A stretch of 64,000 nucleotides of DNA from Dissulfuribacterales bacterium (GCA_041287365.1 JBEULL010000004.1:8353-72352); one strand, 5' to 3'. Shown: positions 45,593 to 55,762, counted from the first letter of the stretch. Made by a program: numbers and translations. The notes: generated from the letters alone by a model not told the origin.

Positions 45593-47362
45593 ATGGATAT
45601 GGGCCAGATACACATACTTCCGCCGCATATAGCCAATAGGATCGCTGCCGGAGAGGTGGTGGAGCGACCTGCGTCTATCGTAAAGGAATTACTGGAAAAT
45701 GCAATAGATTCAGGGGCTGACTCCATTACCGTGGAATTGGAGGACGGTGGCAAATCCTTGATTCGTGTGCGAGATAACGGTTGCGGCATTGCCTTCGATG
45801 ATATCTCATTGGCCATAGAGAGACATGCCACCAGCAAGATACAGGATGAAGCGGGGCTGGATGCCATCATTACTCTGGGGTTTCGGGGAGAGGCCTTGCC
45901 GAGCATAGGTGCTGTATCGTTTCTTACCATTCAGTCGCGGCCTTCGGACGCCGTATCAGGGGGATTTGTCAGTATCCGTTTCGGTAGGGATAAAAGGCAT
46001 GGCCCTGTGGGCTGTGCGCCGGGGACAACCGTGAGCGTGGAGGACCTCTTTTTGGAATTGCCGGGCCGACGTCGTTTTCTGAAGACTAACCAGACCGAAT
46101 TAGGGCATATTTCCATGGTGATGCGCAGGCTGGCTGCAGCATATCCACATATCGCCATGGAACTCTGGCATGAGGGCCGGCGCCTCTTCGAGTTCAAAAA
46201 GAGGGCTGGCGCCATGCGGTTGGAACCCCTTGCAGGAGCGGCACTTTGCTTCAAATTTTTATCGGTATCTAGTCTTGTTTCTGGTGGTTATGAGATAGAA
46301 ATGTATTTGGGGCTTCCTGAACATGCTGCACCCAATGCCAAGTCGTTCCATTTCTTCCTGAATGGCAGACCGATACGGGATGCCATGCTCTGGAAGGCTG
46401 TCACCGAGGCATACAAAGGCCTGCTCATGAAGAATTTTTTTCCTGTGGGTGGGTTGTTCCTTCGGTGCGATCCAGCCCTTGTGGATGTAAATGTCCATCC
46501 AGGCAAGCATGAGGTCCGTTTTGCGGAGCCTGATAATGTCTATCGTATGGTTTATAATGCGGTAAGAAATGCGTTGAACGGTGAGTCCCATACCCAGTTT
46601 TCATGTATGACGGCCTCTGCATCTCAGACCGTCTCTGTTGCTGAACATGCTGTTTTTTCTTGGGACTGTAAGAAAAGCCCCGGAGTGCAGGAGCCGAGAC
46701 AGAGTGACTGGAGCGAGGTTTTGCAACAATTGGATTCAGGGTGTGTGCCGGTTGAGTACAAGCCAGGCACACCTCGGATTGAGAGTGTTCAGCCCTTTCG
46801 AATCATAGGACAGACATGGCACAGTTATATAATGGTGGAAATGGGCTCGCAGCTTTTGATCGTGGATCAGCATGCAGCCCATGAGGCCGTTGTGTTTCAG
46901 CGTTTGCAGCAGACCCTTGAAGAAAAGACATGGAGGCTTCAACCGCTTTTGTTGCCTTTGATTATAGAGTTTGATCTGAGTCAACTGGCTGCGCTTTATG
47001 AAGTACAGCCGCTTTTGCAGGAATTGGGTGTTATGCTGGAGCCGTTTGGTCCGTTTCAGGCAAAAGTGACGGCATTGCCCGACTGGCTGTCACAGAAGGC
47101 AGATGTGAGGAGGTTGCTTCAGGAGGTCATAAAGCTCCTGATCGAAGACCACGGGTCGTCAAAGAGGCGTGTTTTGTATGAACACATTGCATCGATGGCC
47201 TGCGAGGATGCCGTTCAGGCAGGGCACCCCCTGACCTTTGAAGAGATGCAATCCTTGATGCAGGATGTTTTGGAAATCGGGGCGACGCATTGTCCCCATG
47301 GCAGACCCATCTTCTTTCAGATGAGCAGGCAGGAACTGGAAAAGCTTTTGGGGCGGCGGTGA
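45593..47362 (+). CDS. mutL: DNA mismatch repair protein MutL
   Basis: IHILPPHIANRIAAGEVVERPASIVKELLENAIDSGA, GFRGEAL, C-terminal dimerisation/endonuclease region. ATG at 45593 is preferred over the track start at 45548. Confidence 0.95.
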   Translation: MDMGQIHILPPHIANRIAAGEVVERPASIVKELLENAIDSGADSITVELEDGGKSLIRVRDNGCGIAFDDISLAIERHATSKIQDEAGLDAIITLGFRGEALPSIGAVSFLTIQSRPSDAVSGGFVSIRFGRDKRHGPVGCAPGTTVSVEDLFLELPGRRRFLKTNQTELGHISMVMRRLAAAYPHIAMELWHEGRRLFEFKKRAGAMRLEPLAGAALCFKFLSVSSLVSGGYEIEMYLGLPEHAAPNAKSFHFFLNGRPIRDAMLWKAVTEAYKGLLMKNFFPVGGLFLRCDPALVDVNVHPGKHEVRFAEPDNVYRMVYNAVRNALNGESHTQFSCMTASASQTVSVAEHAVFSWDCKKSPGVQEPRQSDWSEVLQQLDSGCVPVEYKPGTPRIESVQPFRIIGQTWHSYIMVEMGSQLLIVDQHAAHEAVVFQRLQQTLEEKTWRLQPLLLPLIIEFDLSQLAALYEVQPLLQELGVMLEPFGPFQAKVTALPDWLSQKADVRRLLQEVIKLLIEDHGSSKRRVLYEHIASMACEDAVQAGHPLTFEEMQSLMQDVLEIGATHCPHGRPIFFQMSRQELEKLLGRR

Positions 47363-47436
47363 GAATTTTGCCGGCATCAGGTCTTTACAATCGTTCCTGC
47401 GCATATTAAATTTATAATCTTATAAAAATGCACAAC

Positions 47437-47513
47437 CTGCCCATAGCTCAACCGGATAGAGCAACGGCCTTCTAAGCCGTAGGTTGGGGGTTCGATTCCC
47501 TCTGGGCAGGCCA
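47437..47513 (+). tRNA. tRNA-Arg (anticodon UCU)
   Basis: Hand-folded cloverleaf. Acceptor CTGCCCA/TGGGCAG; U8 A9; D stem GCTC/GAGC with A20; anticodon stem ACGGC/GCCGT; loop CU-UCU-AA; T arm GGGGG-TTCGATT-CCCTC; G73; encoded CCA. Confidence 0.9.
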
Positions 47514-47730
47514 TTTTTTTATCGAATCGTCCTTGTTTCAGATTTTTCCTAAAAAATTCAATTTTGTGAAAAAATGAATTGCCATTCAGCAAAATCTGTG
47601 GTAAGCATTCCCTTCAACAAAGAATTTGGAGTTTCAGGCGCGTGGCTTGACAAAATACTTTCCTTATAGTATCAGGAAAAGATTAGGTTAAAAGCTTGCG
47701 AAAAATCAAAAACTCATCAGGAGGAATGTT

Positions 47731-48051
47731 ATGGCAACAATAGAGTACAAGGGTAAGTCTTATAATGTCGATGAAGACGGCTTCTTGACAAAAGGCCTGG
47801 AGGAGTGGGACGAGAACTGGGTCGAGTATGTAAAGACTCAGGAAGGTATTTCCGAGTTGACTGACGAACACAGAAAGCTGATCGAAGTTCTTCAGGATTA
47901 CTTCAAAAAGAACGGTATCGCCCCCATGGTCAGAATCCTTTCCAAGACCACAGGGTTTCCGCTTAAGAAGATTTACGAGCTGTTCCCATCGGGTCCTGGT
48001 AAGGGAGCTTGTAAGATGGCCGGCCTTCCAAAGCCGACCGGTTGCGTGTAA
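47731..48051 (+). CDS. dsrC: Dissimilatory sulfite reductase gamma-subunit-like sulfur carrier DsrC
   Basis: Near-canonical DsrC: ...NGIAPMVRILSKTTGF...ELFPSGPGKGACKMAGLPKPTGCV, with both conserved C-terminal-arm cysteines. Strong AGGAGG RBS. Confidence 0.95.
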   Translation: MATIEYKGKSYNVDEDGFLTKGLEEWDENWVEYVKTQEGISELTDEHRKLIEVLQDYFKKNGIAPMVRILSKTTGFPLKKIYELFPSGPGKGACKMAGLPKPTGCV

Positions 48052-48072
48052 TTTTTGTAATTTTTTTATTTT

Positions 48073-48110
48073 CAAAAAGAGGCCATGGGGTCCCATGGCC
48101 TCTTTTTTTA
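48073..48110. terminator. Bidirectional rho-independent terminator between dsrC and the MotA-like gene
   Basis: 12-bp perfect stem AAGAGGCCATGG/CCATGGCCTCTT (48077-48088 / 48093-48104), 4-nt loop, flanked by an A-run and a T-run. Confidence 0.85.
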
Positions 48111-48115
48111 TGGTA

Positions 48116-48868
48116 TTAAAATGACTTTCTCTGCAGAGTGGGCAGATAATTGTTCAGAACATCCTGCACCAGACGGGTGTTCAAACCCTTCTGAATGCAG
48201 AGTATGCCGTCCATGACCATTCTTTTGTGTATTTCTTCCTCGAGGCTTCTGCGTTTGAGTTTGTCTGCAATGGGAAAAAAGATCAGATGGGCCAGCAACG
48301 CCCCGTACAGTGTGGTCAAGAGGGCGACCGCCAGGCCTGCGCCTACCTTTGACGGGTCGTGCAGATTCGCCATCATGGAGACCAGGCCTACCAGAGTACC
48401 CAGCATACCGAATGCAGGTGCGGCCTCTCCCATGGCGATGAAGATGTTTCTGCCTACAGTATGGCGTTCCAGTGCCATCTCTATCTCTGTTTCGATGGTG
48501 TTTTTGATGAAATCGGCTGAGTGACCGTCTGCGCAGAGTAGAGCCGCCCTTTTTAGAAAAGGGTCGTGAATAACGAAGTGTTCCATTTGCAGGATGCCTT
48601 CCTTGCGCGTGAAATTGGAGAGCGCCAGGATCTCCCTGACTATGTCGTCCATGGGAGTCGTCCTGAGGGTGAAGGCCTTGGTCGCTATCTTGACCGCATT
48701 TAGAATGTCTTCCAGATTGAAACGAATAAAGGTGGTGGCGATGGTGCCGCCGAAGACGATCAGGGCCGCAGGCAGATCGATATATATGCCCACATTGCCG
48801 CTTATGAAAATGGCGGATGCTATGAGCAGAAGTCCGAATAATAACCCTCCAATAGTACCTCTATCCAT
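48116..48868 (-). CDS. MotA/TolQ/ExbB-family proton channel (PomA/MotA-like, no adjacent MotB/ExbD/TolR partner)
   Basis: 250 aa, 4 TM. C-terminal channel motif APAFGMLGTLVGLVSM...LLTTLYGALLAHLIFFPIADKL. Confidence 0.85.
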   Translation of the reverse strand: MDRGTIGGLLFGLLLIASAIFISGNVGIYIDLPAALIVFGGTIATTFIRFNLEDILNAVKIATKAFTLRTTPMDDIVREILALSNFTRKEGILQMEHFVIHDPFLKRAALLCADGHSADFIKNTIETEIEMALERHTVGRNIFIAMGEAAPAFGMLGTLVGLVSMMANLHDPSKVGAGLAVALLTTLYGALLAHLIFFPIADKLKRRSLEEEIHKRMVMDGILCIQKGLNTRLVQDVLNNYLPTLQRKSF

Positions 48869-48953
48869 ATTTTTTTATCCATAATGATAGTCGATGCTGG
48901 CGCTGGTGGTGCATTAAAGGGTATCAAGGCGGTTTTTTATCACCGCCCCGATG

Positions 48954-50324
48954 TTATATGCCGGTGGGGAACTTGGGCAGATCCTTCAATGCCTCTGCGA
49001 TCTTTTCTTCCGGATATTCGTAATCCACCAGTTTGCCTTCCAGATAGTCGTCATAGGCCGTCAGATCGAAGTGACCATGCCCGCTGAAGCAGAACAGAAT
49101 ACATTTTTCTTCACCGGTTTCCTTGCACTTCAGCGCCTCGTCTATGACTCCTTTTATGACGTGTGAGGTCTCCGGCGCCGGAACGATGCCCTCTGTGCGG
49201 GCGAACATCAAGGCAGCCTCGAAGACTGGATTCTGTGTGTATGCCCTGGCCGTTATAAGCCCTGAATGTACCAGATTGCAGAGCACAGGGGCATCTCCGT
49301 GATAACGCAGACCTCCTGCATGTATGCCGGGAGGTTCAAAAGAGTGCCCGAGGGTGTGCATGAGCATGAGCGGAGTCATGCCCGCCGTATCGCCGTAATC
49401 ATAGCGGTATTGACCTTTGGTTAGGGTAGGACATGAGGCAGGTTCTATGCCGATGATCTCCACATCGCTCTTGCCTTTGATTTTATCCCTGGCAAATGGT
49501 ATGGCGATACCCCCGAAATTGGAGCCGCCTCCCACGCAGCCCATGACGATGTCCGCCTTGTCTTCTGCTAGCGCCAGCTGTTTCTGCGCCTCGAGCCCAA
49601 TGACCGTCTGGTGCAGAAGTACATGATTGAGCACGCTGCCCAGGGCATAATTGGTATCCGCGTGAGTGGCTGCGTCCTCAACGGCCTCGGAGATAGCCAT
49701 GCCCAGGCTGCCTTTGGTATCCGGATTTTTGGCCAGGGCTGCGCGGCCCACGTTGGTCCTGTCTGTAGGAGATGGGTAGACCTCGCCGTCCCAAATGTGC
49801 ATGAGAATGCGTCTGTAAGGCTTTTGATAATAGCTGACCTTGACCATATAAACGGTGCATTGCATGCCAAAGAGTTTACATGCAAAGGACAGGGCGCTTC
49901 CCCACTGACCAGCGCCTGTCTCGGTGGCAAGGCGCTGTACACCGGCCTTTTTGTTGTAATATGCCTGGGCTACGGCGGTGTTGGGTTTGTGGCTGCCCGG
50001 TGGGCTGACACTTTCGTTTTTGTAGTAGATACGGGCCGGTGTGCCCAGGGCCTTTTCCAGATTTCTTGCGCGATGCAGGGGCGAAGGCCTCCAGAGCTTG
50101 TATATCTCCCTTACCTCGCCTGGAATCTCTATCCATGTCTCGGAAGACATCTCTTGTGCGATCAAGGCATCTGGAAAGATGGGTTTTAGATCGTCGGGAG
50201 TGACCGGTTTGCCCGTGGCCGGATGCAGAGGGGGGGCCAGAGGTGTGGGCAGCTCGGGCAATATATTGTACCAGGCATCGGGCATCTCTTTTTCGCTCAG
50301 ATAAATCTTGTAGCTTTCATTCAT
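48954..50324 (-). CDS. TrpB-like PLP-dependent enzyme (TrpB2 class)
   Basis: 456 aa. [18 protein letters not shown] (PLP Lys), [10 protein letters not shown], long TrpB2-type N-terminus. Confidence 0.9.
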   Translation of the reverse strand: MNESYKIYLSEKEMPDAWYNILPELPTPLAPPLHPATGKPVTPDDLKPIFPDALIAQEMSSETWIEIPGEVREIYKLWRPSPLHRARNLEKALGTPARIYYKNESVSPPGSHKPNTAVAQAYYNKKAGVQRLATETGAGQWGSALSFACKLFGMQCTVYMVKVSYYQKPYRRILMHIWDGEVYPSPTDRTNVGRAALAKNPDTKGSLGMAISEAVEDAATHADTNYALGSVLNHVLLHQTVIGLEAQKQLALAEDKADIVMGCVGGGSNFGGIAIPFARDKIKGKSDVEIIGIEPASCPTLTKGQYRYDYGDTAGMTPLMLMHTLGHSFEPPGIHAGGLRYHGDAPVLCNLVHSGLITARAYTQNPVFEAALMFARTEGIVPAPETSHVIKGVIDEALKCKETGEEKCILFCFSGHGHFDLTAYDDYLEGKLVDYEYPEEKIAEALKDLPKFPTGI

Positions 50325-50411
50325 ATGTATATCTCCTATCTATTTTTAATGACACCGGGAAGTTATATTGTCGAGCCCGGTTCTGTCATCAGTTTAATCT
50401 ACTTGTATCTG

Positions 50412-51413
50412 CTATTTAAAGGAATATACGAACGTACACCATACGTTCTGGCCTTCGGGTTTGTTTTTGGCCTCGAACTCCCACTGACTGCGCAGGGTGA
50501 ACATCATGTTTTGATATTGATACCAGATGCCGGGACCAAGGGCCCAGACCTGGGACTGATCTCCTTCCATGGCCTTCAAGGCGTCCTGGAGCGGGGCCGG
50601 AAAGCGGTTCAGACCGTGGAAGTCGTCATTTTTGACCTGTCTGTAATAGTAGCCGCTCATACCCAGTCTCAACTCAGGAAGGATTGCATAAGAGGCGTTG
50701 AAATCCACATGAAATTCGTCTCCTGGAGTGCGGTCAAAACTCACGGGTGCGCCGGAGATGTAGTTGTCCTGCCGTGTGTTGAAATCGTACATGAACTTGG
50801 CGGACAGCTCCAGTTCCTTGGTGGGAAGCCAGGTGGCGGCGAACACCGGTTCTATGGTCCAGAAATTCCTGCCCATGGCGGATAGATTGCGTTCGCTTTC
50901 ATTGGAGAAAGGTACATAGATGTCTGTGCCGAATACCATGTGCAGCCTGCCTTCCAGCAGGTGCCATGTGAGAATGAACGGGTCATAGATGAGATATGGT
51001 GTATCCACTGAGGAATAGTGCCGTTTGCCTTGAGGCCCTACCGGAACATTGAAGTCCATTATACGATCCGTCATCAAGAAAAAGAGGTGCTGACCGTAGT
51101 TTGCGCCCAGAAGCTGGTAGTTGGATATCCAGATGAGGCGCAAGACCTCTGCATAAACGGACGCCTCATTCAGCAGCCCTGAGTCATGGCCCTTGGCGTT
51201 TTTCAGCTCGTCTGCATTGTAATAGTAGAGATAATCCACCAAATGAATGCCAGGAGGCGGTGCAGCCCCTGCAAAGAACGATTCTGCGCCGTTGGGATAT
51301 GTCTCACCGCCGCCTGCCATGGCATCACCCATGAAACCTGCGCATGTCAGCATATTGGCCAAATAGCCGATGGCACAAGAACGCAGAAAACCCTTCAAAA
51401 ACCCTTTTCCCAT
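50412..51413 (-). CDS. Putative outer-membrane beta-barrel (MetA-pathway/'transporter' SphA-like family)
   Basis: Signal-like N-terminus; YPNGAESFFAGAAPPPGIHLVDYLYYYNAD; alternating beta-strand pattern; aromatic C-terminus ...FVYSFK. Confidence 0.7.
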   Translation of the reverse strand: MGKGFLKGFLRSCAIGYLANMLTCAGFMGDAMAGGGETYPNGAESFFAGAAPPPGIHLVDYLYYYNADELKNAKGHDSGLLNEASVYAEVLRLIWISNYQLLGANYGQHLFFLMTDRIMDFNVPVGPQGKRHYSSVDTPYLIYDPFILTWHLLEGRLHMVFGTDIYVPFSNESERNLSAMGRNFWTIEPVFAATWLPTKELELSAKFMYDFNTRQDNYISGAPVSFDRTPGDEFHVDFNASYAILPELRLGMSGYYYRQVKNDDFHGLNRFPAPLQDALKAMEGDQSQVWALGPGIWYQYQNMMFTLRSQWEFEAKNKPEGQNVWCTFVYSFK

Positions 51414-51505
51414 GTTTCCACTCCTTTATTTTTTGCGATAAATGTCTTTTAATACAGTATTTGAGGTTATTGTTCAATACAGATGTGTAAAGGTTGATAA
51501 ATGGA

Positions 51506-52441
51506 ATGAATATATCGTTCCTGGCGCTTTCGTGCCTTTTTTGTTTCCTATACATGAGTGTTTCTTCGGTTTTGGCCGAAGATATGATTTTTATCAATAA
51601 GCATCTACGGACCCTGAGTCTTTTTCGTGATGACAGGCTGTTGCTTCAATATCCTATATCCATAGGCCTCAATACGCTGACCGATAAGGCATACCTTCAT
51701 GATTATGCCACGCCGGAAGGGAATTACAAAATTTTATATAAGAAAAACAGCAAATTGTATGGCTGGTTTCTGGGAATATCGTATCCGGAGGCAGCCGATG
51801 CCTGGTTGGCCTTCTTTTATGGCCGAATCGACGAAAAGACCTTGAAGCGTATCGTCAAAACACTGGAAAATAAACGCTTTCCACCCCAGGATACGGCGTT
51901 GGGCGGGGCCCTGGGCATACATGGAGGTGGTGTGTTCCGAAAGGATGAAAATGGGACGGCCAGGGACTGGACGCGCGGATGTGTGGCATTGAACGATGAG
52001 GATATGGCCGCCCTCTATAAAGTTGTCAAAATAGGCGCCGCTGTGCGCATATTTGACAGTTCCAAAGGTTTTTATGCCCAAATGCGACCATTTGTGCAGC
52101 CGGAGATGGAGTTGCCCGCTCCAACGCCGCTGGAATATTGGTCAGGCGTGTTGGCTGTGGTTACTGATGTTGGAAGATTGCAGTTGCGGCTTCGGGAGGA
52201 CAGACAGATGGCGCGAACCCTTGAGATTCAAATGTTCGATGAGCACGGTCGTCTTTTTTTGCGGATAAGCGACACCAATGCAGACGAGAGGTTGGATGAT
52301 CTGGATGTAGTCGCCTGTTCGGATGAAAAATATTGCGATGACTTATTGGAAAAATTGGGGGTCTCTATTCAGGTTCCGAATTGGGAGACAGTTTATTCCA
52401 GATTGCGGAGCGAGATCATAAGGACATATTTTCGTTATTGA
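51506..52441 (+). CDS. L,D-transpeptidase-fold (YkuD/YafK-like) protein with C-terminal extension
   Basis: Signal peptide; GIHGGG...ARDWTRGCVALNDEDM (His...Cys catalytic pair). ATG at 51506; the track TTG start is at 51494. Confidence 0.8.
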   Translation: MNISFLALSCLFCFLYMSVSSVLAEDMIFINKHLRTLSLFRDDRLLLQYPISIGLNTLTDKAYLHDYATPEGNYKILYKKNSKLYGWFLGISYPEAADAWLAFFYGRIDEKTLKRIVKTLENKRFPPQDTALGGALGIHGGGVFRKDENGTARDWTRGCVALNDEDMAALYKVVKIGAAVRIFDSSKGFYAQMRPFVQPEMELPAPTPLEYWSGVLAVVTDVGRLQLRLREDRQMARTLEIQMFDEHGRLFLRISDTNADERLDDLDVVACSDEKYCDDLLEKLGVSIQVPNWETVYSRLRSEIIRTYFRY

Positions 52442-52461
52442 CTGAATCGGAAGACATAGAA

Positions 52462-53202
52462 ATGAGAAAAGAAGACTGGCAGAGCCGTGGCAAAGGGCAC
52501 AGAGAGAGATTGCGCGAAAAGTATCTGCGGAATTCCATCGCAGCCCTTACGGACGAGGAGATAGTGGAGTTGCTTCTGTCCTTCGGTACACCCAGGCAGG
52601 ATTGTAAACTCCAGGCCCGTGAGGCATTGAAACGCTTTGTATCTTTGGCAGGGGTATTGGAAGCGGATTTGAAAGCACTGCAAGAAATATCCGGCATAGG
52701 TCCTAAAAACGCCCTTGCAGTGCGATTCGTGCACGATGTGGCCAGAAAATTTCTCAAAGAAAGACCGGTGGGCAAAAACTACCTGCATTCGGCGCAGGAG
52801 GTGGTGGATTATCTGTGGCATGCCCTTTCAAGTCTGGATCGAGAGGTCTTCATGTGTATCTTTTTGGACAATCAGCACGGTGTGCTGGGCATAGAGGAAC
52901 TCTTTCATGGAACCATCAATGCCTCTGCCGTGTATGCACGAGAGGTGATCAAAAAGGCCCTGCACTATGGAGCGGCAGCTTTGGTCTTTGCACACAACCA
53001 TCCTTCCGGTATTACAACACCATCCAGTGCCGATCGAACTATTACAAAACGGCTTTTGCTTGCCGCAACACTCATGGAAATAACTGTATTGGACCACATC
53101 ATTGTGGGTTCTAGAGGGGCTTATTACAGTTTTGCGGAACACGGGGACATGGAGGCCATTCGAAACGAAGTTGCGGGGCAATGCGCTGAATGCCACCCAT
53201 GA
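52462..53202 (+). CDS. radC: RadC-family JAMM/MPN protein
   Basis: RERLREKYL...ELLLSFGTPRQD...HhH region; JAMM motif FAHNHPSGITTPSSAD. ATG at 52462. Confidence 0.9.
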   Translation: MRKEDWQSRGKGHRERLREKYLRNSIAALTDEEIVELLLSFGTPRQDCKLQAREALKRFVSLAGVLEADLKALQEISGIGPKNALAVRFVHDVARKFLKERPVGKNYLHSAQEVVDYLWHALSSLDREVFMCIFLDNQHGVLGIEELFHGTINASAVYAREVIKKALHYGAAALVFAHNHPSGITTPSSADRTITKRLLLAATLMEITVLDHIIVGSRGAYYSFAEHGDMEAIRNEVAGQCAECHP

Positions 53203-53221
53203 AATGTTTCTTGTATGCTTT

Positions 53222-54169
53222 TTATGCCGTTATGGTGTAGGCATTACCGCTCGAACAGGTTGCCGAGCCCGCCCAGAATGGAACCTTCGTCCTTGCCTTC
53301 GAAGCCTCCCGATTTGTTTTGAGGCGCTGCTTCATGAATGCGGCCTGCAAGCCTTGAGAACGGCAGGGATTGCAGCCAGACATGGCCTGGCCCTGTAAGT
53401 CAAGACAGCCTGTGTCTACACGTAGTGTCTCGTTTGGGCCGAGTTGTTTTTCGATTATGGTGCCGCCTGCATGGACGAACACCATGCCGTCACCCTCGAG
53501 TTTCTGCATGATAAAGCCCTCTCCTCCGAAAAGCGCCACTCCGATCTTGCGTTGAAACGCTATGCCGATAGATACGCCCTTGGCCGCGCAGAGGAAGGCG
53601 TCTTTCTGGCAGATCAGGCGTCCATCGAGTTTTTTCAGGTCAAGAGGGATGATCTTGCCTGGATAGGGGCTTGCAAAGGACACTTTTTTCTTTCCCATGC
53701 CCTTGTTGGTGAAAATAGTGCAAAAGAGTCCTTCGCCTGTGATGAGTCTTTTGCCCGCGGAAAAGAGCTTGTCCATGAGGGTGCCGGTCTCGCTGGCATG
53801 AGAGCCGTCTCCAAATACGGTATTGAGCTGTATGCCGTCTTCCATGTACATCATGGCCCCTGCCTCAGCCACTACACTTTCACTTGGATTCAGTTCGATC
53901 TCTACGAATTGCATCTCATGGCCGAAAATCTTAAAGTCTATCTCATGGGCCATTTGGCCAGGAGGTTGTGGAATCGGCGGAATGTTCGGCATGTTTGGCG
54001 AAGTCGCTTTGAGTTCCGGCACATTCCCGGCAGGCGTCCATGTGGTGAGCCCGTGCCGCCAGACCAGCGTGCCTTGATTGAATCGTCCTGATGCAAGCCC
54101 GTCCAACAGCTCCTGTTGAGATATGGGGTCGATGGTGTTGCCGTTTTCCACTACGTGCCATTCGTTCAT
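53222..54169 (-). pseudogene. GYF_2-domain + TIGR00266/AIM24-family protein, apparently disrupted by an internal out-of-frame deletion
   Basis: The N-terminus is GYF_2-like ([50 protein letters not shown]). The TIGR00266 body runs to ...[10 protein letters not shown]. The canonical family C-terminus [21 protein letters not shown]...GNLFER* is present only in another frame (53399-53244). About 30-35 residues that I expect between the two parts are missing. Confidence 0.55.
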
Positions 54170-54406
54170 GTCGTTTACCTCGTATGTTGTTTTGTGGTAA
54201 CCTCAAAAACAGTGCAGCTGAGTCAGTTTAGAGTATGGTTAAGGTTTCAAGGTTACCCTGTGGGAGTGTATTATATATAACTTAAAATCTGTTGTAAAGT
54301 TTTTTTGTATGAGCATTTTACAGTCCGGTCTGGGGCTTGTAAGTGAAAAACCAAATGTTTAATATGCGTTCAATCATCCTTTGAAGAGACTGACTGGAGG
54401 AGGCGA

Positions 54407-55717
54407 ATGGCAAAGACGGTACAGGTGGGCATACTCGGATTCGGCACTGTGGGTGGCGGCACCGCGAAACTGCTTCTGGAGCAGCAGGAACAAATACGCC
54501 AGCGGACCGGGCTGAATGTGAAGTTGAAATATATTTGCGACAGAAATATCACGGATTCCAGAGGGTTCTATGTGCCGGAGGGAATTTTGACCTCTGACCT
54601 GAACAGTCTGTTTACAGATGCCGATCTGGATATATTTGTGGAATTGATAGGCGGTATAGAGCCGGCCAGAACATTTATCCTCAAGGCGATTCAGCACGGC
54701 AAACACGTGGTCACTGCAAACAAGGCACTGATCTCCACTCATGGGGATGAAATTTTTGCAGAGGCGGAGAGGTATGGTGTAACCGTTGGGTTCGAGGCCA
54801 GTGTGGGTGGCGGAGTCCCTGTGATAAAGGCGTTGAGAGAGGGTCTTGCCGCCAACAATTTTCACGCGGTTATGGGCATCATGAACGGCACAGCCAACTA
54901 TATCCTTTCACGCATGACGGATGAAGGCGCTGATTTTCAGAGCGTTCTTAAGGATGCTCAAAGGTTAGGCTATGCGGAGGCAGACCCGACCTACGATGTG
55001 GAAGGCATTGATACCGCCCACAAGCTGGCCATTCTCACCAAGCTGGCCTTTGGGGTTCATATCACGCCAGATGACATTTATACAGAGGGGATATCGAGGC
55101 TTTCGCCCATCGATATACAATTTGCAAAGGAATTGGGTTACACTATCAAGTTGCTGGCCATTGCGAGGAGGACGGACACAGGCCTGGATCTGCGTGTACA
55201 TCCTACCATGATTCCATCCGAGCACCTGCTGGCCCAGGTCAAAGAGGCATACAATGCCTTTTATCTCATTGGAGACGCTGTGGGCAAGATATTGATGTAC
55301 GGCCTTGGGGCAGGCAGAATGCCCACAGGCAGTGCGGTCATGTCCGACATTCTGGATATAGCCAGGGCTGTTTCCGCCGGTGCCGTCTCCTCTTTGCCGC
55401 GGCTGCCCGTGCATTCCCTCGCACCCTTGCAAAAAAGACCTGTCGATACCGTGTCGGGTCGGTATTATTGTCGTTTTTCCGCGATGGACAGGCCTGGTGT
55501 GTTGGCCAAGATCGCCGGTATTCTGGCGGAAAATCACATCAGTATTGCATCCGTTGTGCAGAAGGGCAGAGGCTCCACGGAGTCCGTACCCATAGTCATG
55601 TTGACTCATGAGGCTGAGGAAGCGAGTGTACAACGGGCCCTTGGCGTTATCGATGCAATGGATGTGATGGCTGGCAATGCCGTTGTCATCCGCATGGAAG
55701 ACCTGTCTTCATATTGA
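54407..55717 (+). CDS. hom: Homoserine dehydrogenase (with C-terminal ACT domain)
   Basis: VGILGFGTVGGG, GIMNGTANYILS, ACT-like C-terminus (YYCRFSAMDRPGVLAKIAGILAE). Confidence 0.95.
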   Translation: MAKTVQVGILGFGTVGGGTAKLLLEQQEQIRQRTGLNVKLKYICDRNITDSRGFYVPEGILTSDLNSLFTDADLDIFVELIGGIEPARTFILKAIQHGKHVVTANKALISTHGDEIFAEAERYGVTVGFEASVGGGVPVIKALREGLAANNFHAVMGIMNGTANYILSRMTDEGADFQSVLKDAQRLGYAEADPTYDVEGIDTAHKLAILTKLAFGVHITPDDIYTEGISRLSPIDIQFAKELGYTIKLLAIARRTDTGLDLRVHPTMIPSEHLLAQVKEAYNAFYLIGDAVGKILMYGLGAGRMPTGSAVMSDILDIARAVSAGAVSSLPRLPVHSLAPLQKRPVDTVSGRYYCRFSAMDRPGVLAKIAGILAENHISIASVVQKGRGSTESVPIVMLTHEAEEASVQRALGVIDAMDVMAGNAVVIRMEDLSSY

Positions 55718-55762
55718 GATGTTGTTGTAACGACAACCAACTGTTTTGAGGATGAAACACCT

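Noticed and set aside
47377-47592. 71-aa minus-strand ORF.
   Set aside because: It overlaps the tRNA-Arg gene, which folds into a complete cloverleaf with an encoded CCA.
47362-48116. tRNA-Arg as an integration site for a genomic island.
   Set aside because: The flanks are mutL and dsrC, both core genes. There is no integrase, no direct repeat of the tRNA 3' end, and no compositional shift that I can see.
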